From Clostridia bacterium (GTDB taxonomy: Bacteria; Bacillota; Clostridia; UBA1381), in the NCBI GenBank assembly GCA_045648165.1, contig JAZRNL010000008.1, positions 50,834-114,833 of the forward strand: 64,000 nucleotides of DNA. Direction: 5' to 3'. Both the position numbers and the translations under genes were made by a program. Shown here piece after piece: positions 56,413 through 64,000 of this stretch. Each line of letters opens with the position of its first letter. Within the stretch, counting starts at the first letter, position 1. The notes beneath the pieces were generated by a model. It did no database searches and had not been told where the DNA came from. It was given only the letters and a program-made list of their open reading frames with translations.

Positions 56413-56985
56413 TTAATTACGGAAAGTCAAGGAATTATCAGACATAGATTCAATAATAGCAAGAGAATCAACTCTGATACCTTTACTCCTTAACTCGTCG
56501 CCTCCACCCTGAAAGCCTTTTTCGATTGCAATTGCACAGCCTGCAAGGCCGGCTCCTGCCTGATTTAAAATATCAATCAGACCTGTCAATGCATTTCCTT
56601 TGGCGAGGAAATCATCTATAAGAAGAACATTATCAGTTTCAGATAAATATTCTTTACTCACTACCGCATCATATACATTTTTTCGTGTGAAAGACTCAAC
56701 CCTTGACGAATAAACCTTGTCCGAAATATTTCCTGACTTGTCCTTTTTTGCAAAAACAACCGGAACATTCATAAATTGTGCCGCAGCAAAGGCTATAGGG
56801 ATTCCTGAGGTTTCTATAGTAAGAATTTTATTAACACCTGATTTTTCATAAACAGCCGCAATTTCTTTGCCCATTTCAAGCAAAAATGAAACATCTATAC
56901 AATGATTAAGAAAACAATCTACCTTGAGTATATTCCCCGGCAAAACCGTTCCCTCTTTCAATATTTTTTCTTCAAGTGCCCTCAT
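56413..56985 (-). CDS. xpt: Xanthine phosphoribosyltransferase
   Basis: MRALEEKILKEGTVLPGNILKVDCFLNH and the PRPP loop VLLIDDFLAKGNA; 190 aa. Confidence 0.9.
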   Translation of the reverse strand: MRALEEKILKEGTVLPGNILKVDCFLNHCIDVSFLLEMGKEIAAVYEKSGVNKILTIETSGIPIAFAAAQFMNVPVVFAKKDKSGNISDKVYSSRVESFTRKNVYDAVVSKEYLSETDNVLLIDDFLAKGNALTGLIDILNQAGAGLAGCAIAIEKGFQGGGDELRSKGIRVDSLAIIESMSDNSLTFRN

Positions 56986-57039
56986 ACATATCCCCCAGTC
57001 AAAAGAATATCACATTAATAACTAAATTAAGATGCAACA

Positions 57040-57068
57040 ATTATATCACGTAATTTCCTAAAAGTCAA
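57040..57068 (-). promoter_or_regulatory. Promoter of xpt / nucleoside ABC operon
   Basis: On the minus strand: TTGACT (57068-57063), 17 nt, TG-n-TATAAT (57045-57040). That leaves a leader of only about 45 nt. Confidence 0.6.
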
Positions 57069-57260
57069 CAAATTTCGCACCTTATAATACCGACATTTTA
57101 ATCAAAAATATGACCATAATTTTGGTAGAATTTACATTAGATGTAAAACGTATGACAAAACAGCTAAATTAAATTCGCTCTTAGCCTGCGAAGGTCATAT
57201 AGCTACCACAGGAAATTTAGCTAAATTTGTCAATTTTGCCAGTGCAAGCAAATTTTAACA

Positions 57261-57300
57261 AAAAAAAAGACATTTTTCTTTGTAGAAAAAAGTCTTTTTT
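57261..57300. terminator. Intrinsic terminator after the tRNA pair
   Basis: AAAAAAAAGACATTTTTCT-TTGT-AGAAAAAAGTCTTTTTTT. Confidence 0.7.
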
Positions 57301-57376
57301 TGGTGGGAGTTACAGGGCTCGAACCTGTGACATCCTGCTTGTAAGGCAGACGCTCTCCCAGCTGAGCTAAACTCCC
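57301..57376 (-). tRNA. tRNA-Val(UAC), CCA encoded
   Basis: Hand-folded: acceptor GGGAGTT/AACTCCC, anticodon loop CTTACAA, T-loop TTCGAGC. Confidence 0.9.
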
Positions 57377-57381
57377 ATTCG

Positions 57382-57458
57382 TGGTCGGGATGACAGGATT
57401 CGAACCTGCGGCCCTCTGGTCCCAAACCAGATGCGCTACCAAGCTGCGCTACATCCCG
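57382..57458 (-). tRNA. tRNA-Pro(UGG), CCA encoded
   Basis: Hand-folded: acceptor CGGGATG/CATCCCG, anticodon loop TTTGGGA, T-loop TTCGAAT. Confidence 0.9.
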
Positions 57459-57488
57459 TTATCCGACATATCTCTTTGCGACTTGGAT

Positions 57489-57517
57489 ATAATACCATAA
57501 AATTCATCATATTTCAA
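57489..57517 (-). promoter_or_regulatory. Promoter of the tRNA-Pro/tRNA-Val unit
   Basis: On the minus strand: TTGAAA (57517-57512), 17 nt, TATTAT (57494-57489). Confidence 0.5.
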
Positions 57518-57564
57518 ACCATTACAAAGCTTATTTTTCTAAATTATGTTTGTAATTCGCTTTA

Positions 57565-58626
57565 TTACTTTGTTTTTCTTAATAATACACCGTTTTTCTT
57601 TATTTTAATAACGCAATATATCGTCAATATCAGCACCGCATAACCTGTATACTCGTACAACCCGGTTACGATTGTTGTAAATCCCAAAGATGACAGAAGC
57701 CATCCAAAACTGATTACAATTGCAGGAATTGTTCTGTTATTATTTTGATTTGACTTAAATTTGAGACATATACCATATGCATTTGCAACTGCGCTCGATA
57801 ATACAGATGCAAATACAACAAAAACGTATATATGCATAAAACCACTTCCCTGCCTTGCTGCAAGTGTCAGCATCGGCATTTCACCAAGATTGATTTTCCC
57901 GTAAAATATACTGATTATTATCCATATTAAAGAGAGAGCGCAAAAGCTCATAAATCCTGACATCAACCCTGCAAGCTTACATTCCTTTTCACATTTAACA
58001 TAACGTGCCCAATCGCATATGACAGGGCACACTGCAAAAGCATTGTACGCCGTATAAACCGCGGACGAAGTTATCATCGATGTAAAATTAAAAAACACAT
58101 TTACACTTCTGTTCTTGAGCATATAAAAAGCACAAAAAACTATCATAAATACTATAATAAATCCAGCTATTCCTCCCCAATTTACAATCTTTTCCGGAGG
58201 CACACAAAGCATATAAAAACAAAGAACACAAAAAGCAAATGCCATCAAAACCCTTGGCGAGCCAAACGTAATATACATCATTTCAACAAACGCGCTTATC
58301 ATAGCTCCAAGGAGAATGAGCATAAACAAACACATCAAGCCACTTGCAAACCTTGCAGTTTTTCTACCACAAAACAAATTCATAAGAGCTTCAAATGTAT
58401 ACACTTTATATTTACTACATAGAGAAAGAAGAAAATACGCAACAAAACCAAACCCTGCTGATGTCAGAACAACACCTGCAAAGCTCAGATTTCCAAATCT
58501 CACGAAATAGTATACAGTTTCGCTCCCAGATGCAAATCCTGCTCCTATAACTGCCGCAAGGTATGCAAGTGTAATTTTCAGTGCATTTTTCAAAAAAACC
58601 ACCTCATAATTATAAATATTCATCAT
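57565..58626 (-). CDS. YkvI-family membrane protein (putative transporter)
   Basis: 353 aa polytopic protein with the IGAGFASGSE motif typical of the YkvI family. Confidence 0.65.
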   Translation of the reverse strand: MMNIYNYEVVFLKNALKITLAYLAAVIGAGFASGSETVYYFVRFGNLSFAGVVLTSAGFGFVAYFLLSLCSKYKVYTFEALMNLFCGRKTARFASGLMCLFMLILLGAMISAFVEMMYITFGSPRVLMAFAFCVLCFYMLCVPPEKIVNWGGIAGFIIVFMIVFCAFYMLKNRSVNVFFNFTSMITSSAVYTAYNAFAVCPVICDWARYVKCEKECKLAGLMSGFMSFCALSLIWIIISIFYGKINLGEMPMLTLAARQGSGFMHIYVFVVFASVLSSAVANAYGICLKFKSNQNNNRTIPAIVISFGWLLSSLGFTTIVTGLYEYTGYAVLILTIYCVIKIKKNGVLLRKTK

Positions 58627-58724
58627 AGAATATATATATTAAAAATGAATTTTATATTACAATAATTGACTTTCATTCGTTTTTAATATATAATATTATA
58701 ATACTATGATTCGGAGGGATAATT

Positions 58725-59303
58725 ATGAGAATATGTGTATACGGTGCGGCAAGCAATGCCATAGCACAAGAATTTATAACAACTACCGAAGAACTTGGAC
58801 GTGAAATCGCAAGAAGAGGTCACAGTATGGTATATGGCGCAGGCGCAAACGGTCTTATGGGTGCCGTGGCAAGAGGTTGCCACGAGCAAGGAGCGCATAT
58901 TATAGGTGTTGCACCTGAATTTTTCAACGCAGACGGTGTACTTTTCGAACACTGCGATGAGCTTATCAGGACAGAAACAATGCGCGAAAGAAAACAGATT
59001 ATGGAAGATAAAGCAGATGCATTTATAATCGTACCCGGCGGAATTGGAACATATGAGGAGTTTTTTGAGATACTTACACTTAAGCAATTAAGACGCCACA
59101 CAAAACCCATGGTTGTGTTTAATATAAACGGTTATTACGACACAATGCAACAGTTTATGATAAACGGTATAGAAAAAAACTTTATGAAAGAAGGCTGTCT
59201 TGAGCTTTATGAAGTATGCACAAGAATAGATGAAATTTTCACATACATTGACAATTACGTTCCTGAAGTCCACGACCTTTTATATTACAAAGAAATCAAA
59301 TAA
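58725..59303 (+). CDS. LOG-family (TIGR00730) nucleotide phosphoribohydrolase
   Basis: VYGAGANGLMGAVARG and the PGGIGTYEEFFE motif. Confidence 0.85.
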   Translation: MRICVYGAASNAIAQEFITTTEELGREIARRGHSMVYGAGANGLMGAVARGCHEQGAHIIGVAPEFFNADGVLFEHCDELIRTETMRERKQIMEDKADAFIIVPGGIGTYEEFFEILTLKQLRRHTKPMVVFNINGYYDTMQQFMINGIEKNFMKEGCLELYEVCTRIDEIFTYIDNYVPEVHDLLYYKEIK

Positions 59304-59313
59304 TGCAAAAAAT

Positions 59314-59364
59314 CCCCACAGTATTAGCGGTGTGTTCTCAAGGGCACTCAGCTAATACTGTGGG
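59314..59364. terminator. Long hairpin after the LOG gene, partly built from FGGY-kinase gene debris
   Basis: CCCACAGTATTAGC-22 nt-GCTAATACTGTGGG, with T-tracts on both sides. Confidence 0.55.
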
Positions 59365-59475
59365 ACGGATCACATTATCATCCTTGTCGAGAATGACAAG
59401 TCCGTGCATCTGCCCTGCAGCAGACATACCTTTGATTTCGTCGGGGTTGAAACAGGATTCAGCTATTCTTATCTT
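59362..59475 (-). pseudogene. Fragment of an FGGY carbohydrate kinase (xylulokinase-like)
   Basis: My minus-strand translation gives FNPDEIKGMSAAGQMHGLVILDKDDNVIRP, close to the xylulokinase block GISGQMHGLV.LDK.G.V.RP. It has no start codon and covers only about 35 codons. Confidence 0.5.
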
Positions 59476-59715
59476 TCAAGATATTTCAAAAAAATTGTTG
59501 GTATTTCTTACAACAAATATGTTAATCAGTACAGAACAAGCAATGCATGCTATATTCTTAGCAATTCAGACTCTACTGTTATTCAATGTGCCCTTGATTC
59601 AGGATACGACTCACTTAGAAGCTTTAACAGAAACTTCAGGAATGCCTTGGAGTTTCACCAACAGACTACAGACAAAAACAAAAAACAACAAGTTAGAGCA
59701 AAATTCAAAATTTAA
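59449..59715 (+). pseudogene. C-terminal fragment of an AraC-family regulator
   Basis: GFSYSYLSRYFKKIVGISYNKYVNQYR...DSGYDSLRSFNRNFRN contains only the HTH region. There is no sensor domain, and the upstream ORF residues are unrelated sequence. Confidence 0.6.
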
Positions 59716-59826
59716 TTCAAACAATATACTTTATATTGACTGCGCCAAATTCTTATGTTAAATAAATACAAATATTTTTCACTTTGAGATTAACACAAGC
59801 AAACAATTATACCAAGGAGTTTTAAT

Positions 59827-60693
59827 ATGCATAACACAGGTTTTACCCTCAATAAAATTCTTTCCGTAAATTCTTTGAGAACTGCTTATGATGATATAAA
59901 AAGATTTGACTTTTTCTTCAGCGGAGAACAACATGATTTCTGGGAATTTGTATATGTGGCAAGCGGAACCGTGGGAGCTACTGCTGACAACAGAGTGTAT
60001 GAACTCTCAGCAGGTCAGGTAATATTTCATAAGCCTATGGAGTTTCACAAGCTCTGGTCTACAGGCGGTACCGAGCCACACGTTATAATTATGTCGTTTG
60101 ACGCATGCGGTCCCGGAATGAAAGATTTTGAAAACAGTATTTTTCTTATGCCCCAAACCGCATCAAAGCAACTATTTAAGATTTTTGAAGAAATCGACCA
60201 GCTTTTTACGCGCTCTTCAAATCTTTCACTCCACCTTAAAGAAGAACCGGACGAATATTCCCTGAATTTACTTGCTCTACATATGGAAATGCTTCTTCTT
60301 GAAATTCTGAAGGGTAAAAAACAAAAAGTTTCCGAGGATGAACACGCAGGTGCAGAAACCTACAGAACAATCATTGACATGATGAACGACAACATAAACA
60401 AGAACCTTACAATATCAGATTTCGCAAACCTTTGTAATATAAGTGAAAGCTACCTCAAGAAAATTTTCACCAAGTATTCGGGAAGCGGTCCCGCAAAATA
60501 TTTCTTAAGGCTTAAAATATCAAGAGCCTGTACAATGCTTTTAAACGGTGCGACTGTTACCCAGGTAAGCAAACACCTGGAATTTGCAAACCAGCAGTAT
60601 TTCAGTACGGTGTTCAAAAGAGAAACAGGCTATAGCCCCACAGTGTATAAAAAGAGAATACTTGTTGAAGGCAATAAAGAAACAAGACGATAA
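59827..60693 (+). CDS. AraC-family transcriptional regulator
   Basis: Cupin-like N-terminus and an AraC HTH C-terminus (SESYLKKIFTKYSGSGPAKY...QQYFSTVFKRETGYSPTVYK). Confidence 0.88.
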   Translation: MHNTGFTLNKILSVNSLRTAYDDIKRFDFFFSGEQHDFWEFVYVASGTVGATADNRVYELSAGQVIFHKPMEFHKLWSTGGTEPHVIIMSFDACGPGMKDFENSIFLMPQTASKQLFKIFEEIDQLFTRSSNLSLHLKEEPDEYSLNLLALHMEMLLLEILKGKKQKVSEDEHAGAETYRTIIDMMNDNINKNLTISDFANLCNISESYLKKIFTKYSGSGPAKYFLRLKISRACTMLLNGATVTQVSKHLEFANQQYFSTVFKRETGYSPTVYKKRILVEGNKETRR

Positions 60694-60730
60694 AATGCTT
60701 GCCGTGATGTGATATCACGGCAAGCATTTT
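60692..60730. terminator. Bidirectional intrinsic terminator
   Basis: AAAATGCTTGCCGTGAT-GTG-ATATCACGGCAAGCATTTT between convergent genes. Confidence 0.8.
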
Positions 60731-60734
60731 TATC

Positions 60735-62102
60735 TTAAAATTTAAAATATTCCTTTGCATTTTTATATGAAATGCCTCCTATAATTGTTTTGAGCATTTC
60801 TTCGTCGTTGGGATAAAGTCCCTCCTCTACCCATTCGCCTATCATATTACAAAGAATTCTTCTGAAATATTCATGTCTTGGATACGAAACAAAGCTTCGG
60901 CTATCGGTGAGCATTCCCACAAATCTGCCGAGAAGTCCAAGATTCCCAAGAGCTTTCATCTGAGTTTCCATACCGTCTTTCTGGTCATTGAACCACCAAC
61001 CTGAGCCGAACTGAATTTTGCCGGGAACCGGTGATTTCTGGAAGTTACCAAGCATCGAGCCAAGAACATAATTATCCTTGGGGTTAAGGGTATAGAGAAT
61101 TGTTTTCGGAAGTAAATTATCCTTTTCAAGACTATCCAGGAAAGCAGAAAGCTTTTCTGCAATACAAAGGTCGTTTATGCTGTCAAATCCGGTATCGGGG
61201 CCTATAGCTTCAAACATACGTGTGTTGTTATTACGGAGCGCCCCTATATGAAGCTGCATTGTCCATCCAAGCTTTGCATATTCCCTGCCACAAACTTTCA
61301 GTAGAGCTGTTTTGAAAATTTCAATCTCATTCATTGTAAGATTGCCGCCATTCATACGCTTTTCAAAAACCGCTTCAGCATCACCCTCGCAATAAGGAAC
61401 AATTTCAAATGAATGGTCTGAAAGCTTACATCCACATTCCGCAAAATAGTGTATTCTCTCTACAATCCATGCAGAAAGCTCACTGTATGATTTAACTCCT
61501 ATTTCTTCAACATAAGGAATAAATGTTGCTTTTTCGATATCCACTGCCTTATCAGGACGGAATGTAGGCAGTACCTTTGCAGAAAATCCGGACTCTGCTA
61601 TCTGTTTATGATACTCGAGACTATCCTTCGGGTCGTCTGTTGTGCAAATAGCATCAACGTTCGATTTTTTTATAAGACCTTTGGATGTAAAATCAGCACC
61701 ATTTATTACTTTATTACACTTTTCCCAGATAGATGGAGCAGTTTTCTCTGTGAGCACTTCATCAATACCGAAATATCTCTTAAGCTCAAGGCTTGTCCAA
61801 TGAAGAATAGGATTTCCGGCACAGTACATCATACAGGATGCAAACTTCATAAACTTATCGTAGTAATCTGCATCACCAGTTATATATTTTTCGTCAATAC
61901 CATTTGAACGCATAACACGCCATTTATAATGGTCTCCTGCTAAAAACAGTTCGCCTACATTTTTAAAGCGGATATCCTCTGCAATCTGCTGAGGGCTCAA
62001 ATGGCAATGATAGTCAATAATGGGAAGTGCTTCCGCATAGTCGTGATACAAATGCTTTGCAGTTTTGGTTTTGAGCAAAAAATCGTCATTAATAAATGTC
62101 AT
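60735..62102 (-). CDS. uxaC: Glucuronate isomerase
   Basis: MTFINDDFLLKTKTAKHLYHDYA...IIDYHCHL. GGAGG RBS before ATG 62102. The ORF-track start at 62165 adds 21 unsupported codons. Confidence 0.92.
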   Translation of the reverse strand: MTFINDDFLLKTKTAKHLYHDYAEALPIIDYHCHLSPQQIAEDIRFKNVGELFLAGDHYKWRVMRSNGIDEKYITGDADYYDKFMKFASCMMYCAGNPILHWTSLELKRYFGIDEVLTEKTAPSIWEKCNKVINGADFTSKGLIKKSNVDAICTTDDPKDSLEYHKQIAESGFSAKVLPTFRPDKAVDIEKATFIPYVEEIGVKSYSELSAWIVERIHYFAECGCKLSDHSFEIVPYCEGDAEAVFEKRMNGGNLTMNEIEIFKTALLKVCGREYAKLGWTMQLHIGALRNNNTRMFEAIGPDTGFDSINDLCIAEKLSAFLDSLEKDNLLPKTILYTLNPKDNYVLGSMLGNFQKSPVPGKIQFGSGWWFNDQKDGMETQMKALGNLGLLGRFVGMLTDSRSFVSYPRHEYFRRILCNMIGEWVEEGLYPNDEEMLKTIIGGISYKNAKEYFKF

Positions 62103-62215
62103 AATAGCCTCCGTTCTGCCCATATATGGGACATAATGTAATCTTAACTGAATATTATACACCACACGACAAAATAAACTATTATAATTTTGCCCTAAAA
62201 TTTTAAAAATATTGA

Positions 62216-62716
62216 TTATTTAACAATCAAGCATGCCATAATCACTCCTACAAGGTCACCCACCATAGCGCAGGGTATAACCTTACGAACATCTTTTATT
62301 CCCGTCCCGGCATAATATACTGCAATTGTGTAAAACGTTGTTTCCGTTGAGCCCATAATAACGCTTGTGAGGCGTCCTATTAAGCTATCGGCACCATATG
62401 TGTTCAAATAATCAGTAAGCAACCCAAAAGAGCCACTTCCCGAAACCGGACGCAGCAGCACCATAGGGATAATTTCGGCAGGCACACCTGTTTTTTCCAT
62501 AACAGGCTCAAGAAAAGATACCACTGCACCTAAAAGTCCTGACGCCCTTAGCATAGAAACTGCAGTAAGCATAGCTACCATTGTAGGAAGAATATGTATA
62601 AGCATCTTTAATCCGTCTTCCCCCCCTTTTGTAACTGCTTCATATACATTAACACGTTTTATAAAGCAAAAAATTATAATCATCAGAATAAAACTAGGTA
62701 TAATATATGATGACAT
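62216..62716 (-). CDS. spmB: Spore maturation protein B
   Basis: 166 aa nucleoside-recognition-type membrane protein, directly after spmA. Confidence 0.8.
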   Translation of the reverse strand: MSSYIIPSFILMIIIFCFIKRVNVYEAVTKGGEDGLKMLIHILPTMVAMLTAVSMLRASGLLGAVVSFLEPVMEKTGVPAEIIPMVLLRPVSGSGSFGLLTDYLNTYGADSLIGRLTSVIMGSTETTFYTIAVYYAGTGIKDVRKVIPCAMVGDLVGVIMACLIVK

Positions 62717-62717
62717 A

Positions 62718-63299
62718 TCATTTCTCCGTTTTATAAATTATTTTGCACATAAATTTGGTGAATAGAATTCCGCAAAAAAGAGCAACCGATGAACAAATCC
62801 ACACAGGTACAACAATTTCTCCTGGTTCCATACTCCCGGCAGACGCACGGAGCGCAATAATTGAAGTAGGCATAAGCTGAAAGGCAGCAGTGTTCATAAC
62901 GGTGAACACACACATAGCTTCGGTTATCCGTCCTTTCGAGGTTTTCGAAAGCTCCCTAATGGCATTTATTCCCATAGGTGTAGCACCATTACCCGTACCT
63001 AACAAATTTCCGGTTACATTAAGAGTAATGTAGTCGGCAGCAGCCGAGGTTTTATCAAGTTTTGGAAAAATTAACGCAATTACAGGCTTTAAAAGCTGTT
63101 TAATCATTCCGCAAAGCCCTGACTGCACTGCCGCCTCCATAAGTCCGCTCCATAAACACATTATTCCTGCAAACGATAAAACAGTTGTAATTCCGCTTTG
63201 AGCACCCTCAAATGCGGCATTAACGGTTGCCTCCACATTACCATTTAGCATAGAAAAAACTATGGAAATAATTATTATTCCGCCCCAAATATAATTCAC
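62718..63299 (-). CDS. spmA: Spore maturation protein A
   Basis: From (V)NYIWGGIIIISIVFSMLNG. GGAGGGG lies 7 nt before GTG 63299. The longer ATG ORF starting at 63377 lacks an RBS. Confidence 0.8.
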   Translation of the reverse strand: MNYIWGGIIIISIVFSMLNGNVEATVNAAFEGAQSGITTVLSFAGIMCLWSGLMEAAVQSGLCGMIKQLLKPVIALIFPKLDKTSAAADYITLNVTGNLLGTGNGATPMGINAIRELSKTSKGRITEAMCVFTVMNTAAFQLMPTSIIALRASAGSMEPGEIVVPVWICSSVALFCGILFTKFMCKIIYKTEK

Positions 63300-63522
63300 T
63301 ATAAATCCCCTCCGTATGAATAATATGAATATTATATTTTTTTTATTACCAATGACGTCTTTCCCCCATTGATACAAAAGATTTGTATTTTTAAAGAATA
63401 AATTATGAATTAAGTATAAATTTCTGAAAAAATGCTTGCAAAACTTTTAAAAAAGTAGTATCATAAAAACAGGACTTCCGAACATTATCGGATGTCGTAA
63501 ATATCCAAAGGGAGGTATGTAT

Positions 63523-63774
63523 ATGTCAATCAGTGAAACAATGAAGTTCAACCTCGGGCTTGACCGTGATACAGAAGTTAAAAATATAATGACAAGAGTT
63601 TATAAAGCTCTTCAGGAAAAGGGTTACGACCCCGTTAATCAGATTGTCGGTTATGTGCTTTCCGGTGACCCCACATATATTACAAGCCACGACGGTGCAA
63701 GAGGTCTAATTACAAAGCTTGAGCAAGACGAACTTTTAGAAGTCTTTGTAAAAACTTACCTTGAGACACTTTAA
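63523..63774 (+). CDS. ireB: IreB-family (UPF0297) regulatory phosphoprotein
   Basis: TMKFN...[40 protein letters not shown] before ATG 63523. Confidence 0.85.
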   Translation: MSISETMKFNLGLDRDTEVKNIMTRVYKALQEKGYDPVNQIVGYVLSGDPTYITSHDGARGLITKLEQDELLEVFVKTYLETL

Positions 63775-63855
63775 TTATAAGGGAAATTCACAACGCAGAC
63801 ATTACTAAGGTATGTCTGCGTTGCTATGTATTAAATGAATGAGAGGATGACTTAC

Positions 63856-64000
63856 ATGGCAAAGACAGCTGAAAAAAAATCAATGGGACGGGAAATATGG
63901 GAATGGTTCTACACTATTGTAGTCGCACTTGCAATTGCACTTGTTATAAAAGCCTTTTTATTTGATATTGTTGTAGTTGACGGAAGTAGTATGCACCCCA
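63856..64000 (+). CDS. lepB: Signal peptidase I; N-terminal part only, continues beyond the window
   Basis: ATG 63856 preceded by GAGAGGA. There is a TM segment WFYTIVVALAIALVI, then VVVDGSSMHP, the catalytic Ser box. Confidence 0.75.
   Translation, partial: MAKTAEKKSMGREIWEWFYTIVVALAIALVIKAFLFDIVVVDGSSMHP

Noticed and set aside
56986-57230. Expected a guanine/xanthine (purine) riboswitch upstream of xpt. A UUCUACC-like string is present.
   Set aside because: The flanking sequence does not fold into the P1-P2-P3 three-way junction, and it lacks the UAUAAU/AUAUGG/CCGUAAAU/GACUAU conserved strings. A good promoter (TTGACT, 17 nt, TATAAT at 57068-57040) leaves only about a 45-nt leader, too short for the aptamer. 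The UUCUACC string lies upstream of that promoter.
1-64000. Looked for CRISPR repeats, IS or transposase genes, integrases, phage genes, toxin-antitoxin pairs and known defence-system genes.
   Set aside because: None were recognised. The only repeated sequences noticed are the paired terminator hairpins (33821-33866 and 51282-51316) and the paralogous gene pairs reported above.

Overview
AT-rich chromosomal segment that looks like a spore-forming Clostridia-class Firmicute, judged from spoVT, spoVAC, spmAB, ireB, the ECF module and a clostridial-style pur operon. No CRISPR array, IS element, integrase or phage gene was seen. Most of the window is housekeeping: (i) a ZTP-riboswitch-controlled purine operon, purE-purF(like)-purM-purN-purO-purH-purD-purL (1-9625, minus strand), followed by folC; (ii) clpE, a membrane pyrophosphatase, spoVT and ecfA1A2T; (iii) an acyl-AMP ligase plus ACP pair, ctpA, ddl, an M14 peptidase and spoVAC; (iv) a DUF5685 / cysteine-string J-protein / membrane-protein trio followed by DUF1385-prmC; (v) a BMP-type nucleoside ABC importer plus xpt, three tRNAs, AraC regulators and AraC/FGGY gene debris, uxaC, spmAB, ireB and lepB. 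The stand-out is a 17-gene, about 17.3 kb run of genes all on the minus strand (33892-51066). It begins with an hfsABCD-like module: two small 2Fe-2S ferredoxins, a PAS-containing sensory [FeFe]-hydrogenase HydS, a PP2C phosphatase and a second [FeFe]-hydrogenase. It continues without a visible terminator into an LDH-scaffold malate dehydrogenase, fumC, hdrB-hdrC-hdrA, mvhD/flxD, flxC-flxB-flxA, a soluble anchor-less FrdB/FrdA-like pair and an AAE-family exporter. I read this as a candidate cytoplasmic, flavin-based electron-bifurcating NADH(/H2):fumarate oxidoreductase. It would be wired to a complete oxaloacetate-to-succinate-to-export route and placed under a hydrogen/redox-sensing front end. 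As far as I know, this arrangement has not been characterised biochemically. All functional calls come from reading the translated ORFs and motifs by eye. No database search was run.
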